Below are positions 62,343-64,000 of a stretch of 64,000 nt of DNA, piece after piece. The notes beneath the pieces were generated by a model. It did not search any database, was not told where the DNA came from, and saw only the letters and a list, made by a program, of their open reading frames with translations. A program made the position numbers and the translations under genes. The stretch's first letter is position 1, and the number at the start of each line of letters is the position of its first letter. The DNA is from an uncultured Acidobacteriota bacterium (GTDB taxonomy: Bacteria; Acidobacteriota; UBA6911): NCBI GenBank assembly GCA_963827655.1, contig CAWHCF010000034.1, forward strand, positions 79,225 through 143,224, written 5' to 3'.

Positions 62343-63242
62343 TTAAGGTGTCTGAACCGGGAAATTGAGTCGGGCCCAGGTCGAGAACTTGCTCGGTTGC
62401 CGGCCTGCTATTTTGTTTGCGAGCGCAATTCGGTCGCACGAATCCGAACCTAGGTAGGTATGAGCCTGGAAGTACCTGAAGATTTCGGCCACCTCGGCAG
62501 CCCCAGCGAAGAGAGGAGCGAACACTTCCTTAAGGACCCGTTTGAATAGAATGGCGACCCTGTCGATTTAGCGTGTCAACGATTTCATTAAAGCTCATGA
62601 AATCACCGACGAGTGGCAGATACTCGCCATGGCCTGCGTGATCCGGGTGTGCGAACGCTCCGGCAACGATGTTGCCCAGTTCGCGAATGTCGCCCATGTG
62701 GATCCCACGCACATCTGGATCAAGAGGGAGAGCCCAGCCCAAGGATCCGTCGGCCTGCTTTTGCGGAGCAAGAGCGCCCACAAGGCTCTGGTAGTACATC
62801 GGCGCGATGACGAACGTATGATGCTGAAAGCGTTCTTCCTTCACGATCCCATCAATCTTGGCCTTGCCGGTAAAGTGGGGAACGTAAACTTGCCGCCGCT
62901 GATGGCTTTCCCTTTAGGCAGCGTTGACCAGATAAAGTGTTTGACTCCGGCAGCCTTGGCGGCGCGCACGGCCGCCGCCGCCTGCTTAGCTCGTCGGTAC
63001 CTTCTTCCCAGAAATTGGTGACAAGAAAGACCCCATGTGCCCCTTCAAACGCAGCTTTGAGGGTATCCGGCCGGTGAAATCTGCTTCAACGACTTCGCCC
63101 GCGAGGTCGCGATGCTTGTCTGGATTGCGGCTCAGAGCGCGCACCTTGAATTGGCTGCCGGCCTGCAGGGCACGGACCACTGCGCTCCCTGCCGCCCCGT
63201 TGCGCCGATCACGGCGATCACTCTTGCATTGTTGGATGACAT
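62343..63242 (-). pseudogene. NmrA/HSCARG-family protein with several frameshifts
   Basis: MSSNNARVIAVIGATGRQG.., VRALSRNP and later pieces in several frames. Confidence 0.75.
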
Positions 63243-63251
63243 AAGTCCAGT

Positions 63252-63328
<77 letters not shown>

Positions 63329-63345
63329 TGTCCAATTTCGGAGAA

Positions 63346-64000
63346 TCAGAGTCGGCCTTGGCTCTGCAATCGGTGCCGGATCTCGCTGATCCTTTGTTCG
63401 CCGGCCCGCAGCGTCGCGGGGCTGGTATGCACCGAATGTTGCCCGAGCACGAGGTCATGGGCGTGCGGAGCCGCGGACCCAACAACGAACTCCGTATCGG
63501 TATTTGCATGGAAGTCGATCGCGCCATTCGACGGTTCGAAGATCGCAAGTTCCCCGGCTTCCACACTCACAGCGACACGAATGCGTCCCGTGCTCGGCGA
63601 GACCCAGCCAACCGTATGGCCGATGGCCGGTTGGTAGCGCCAGGACTCGCCAGCTCGCATGCGCACCGCCAGGTAGTTCAGCGAGGCCGGGAAGCTGGAG
63701 TGAACTCGTCGCCCCGCCGTGGGTCCCGACCAGAACACGCGCCGGGCCGTCGCGGGCGACGGCGTCAGGTGCCAGGTAGACGTTTTCCACTGATCCGAGT
63801 TCCTGCTCGGGCGGCAAAGCGAGCCAGAGCTGGAAACCGCGGGCACGGCCGGTGTCGCCAGGTCCCCCACCATGCCAGGCTCCGTCACCCGCCTTGAACC
63901 ATTCAACCCCACCTGCCCGCACCAGTCCGGTGGCTCCTGTCGTATCTTCGTAACGAACGCTTCCCTCGAACAGATACGTCACCGTCGCGATACCCGAGTG
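63346..64000 (-). pseudogene. Pirin family protein (5' end outside the window; frameshift)
   Basis: HSGIATVT, AGDGAWH, GFQLWLALP. Confidence 0.8.

Overview
The window has two halves. Positions 1-13510 are intact housekeeping DNA, probably Acidobacteriota-like (inferred from gene content): a PuuD-type amidotransferase, folE, sppA, a GT87-like glycosyltransferase, the atpF'-F-H-A-G-D-C operon, a TPR protein and tRNA-Gln(CTG), with two copies of a MITE and several heptamer-repeat palindromes. From the tRNA 3' end onward (~50 kb) lies a decaying mosaic island with an attL-like arm, an integrase remnant, IS fragments, integron attC sites without intI, and many truncated, scrambled or frameshifted redox, envelope and transport genes. 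The strongest signal is a 262-275 bp element present as three identical copies plus one partial copy (19636, 24047, 32446, 38373). On the minus strand it reads as the last codons of an IS91-family rolling-circle transposase (..RAPP..stop) followed by an oriIS-like end. Every copy starts with GTGG, and its inner edge is joined to unrelated, often truncated DNA. I interpret this as a candidate non-autonomous, Helitron-like gene-capture array built from IS91 ori ends and interleaved with integron cassettes. An assembly chimera cannot be excluded without reads. All calls were made by eye from motifs; no database searches were run.
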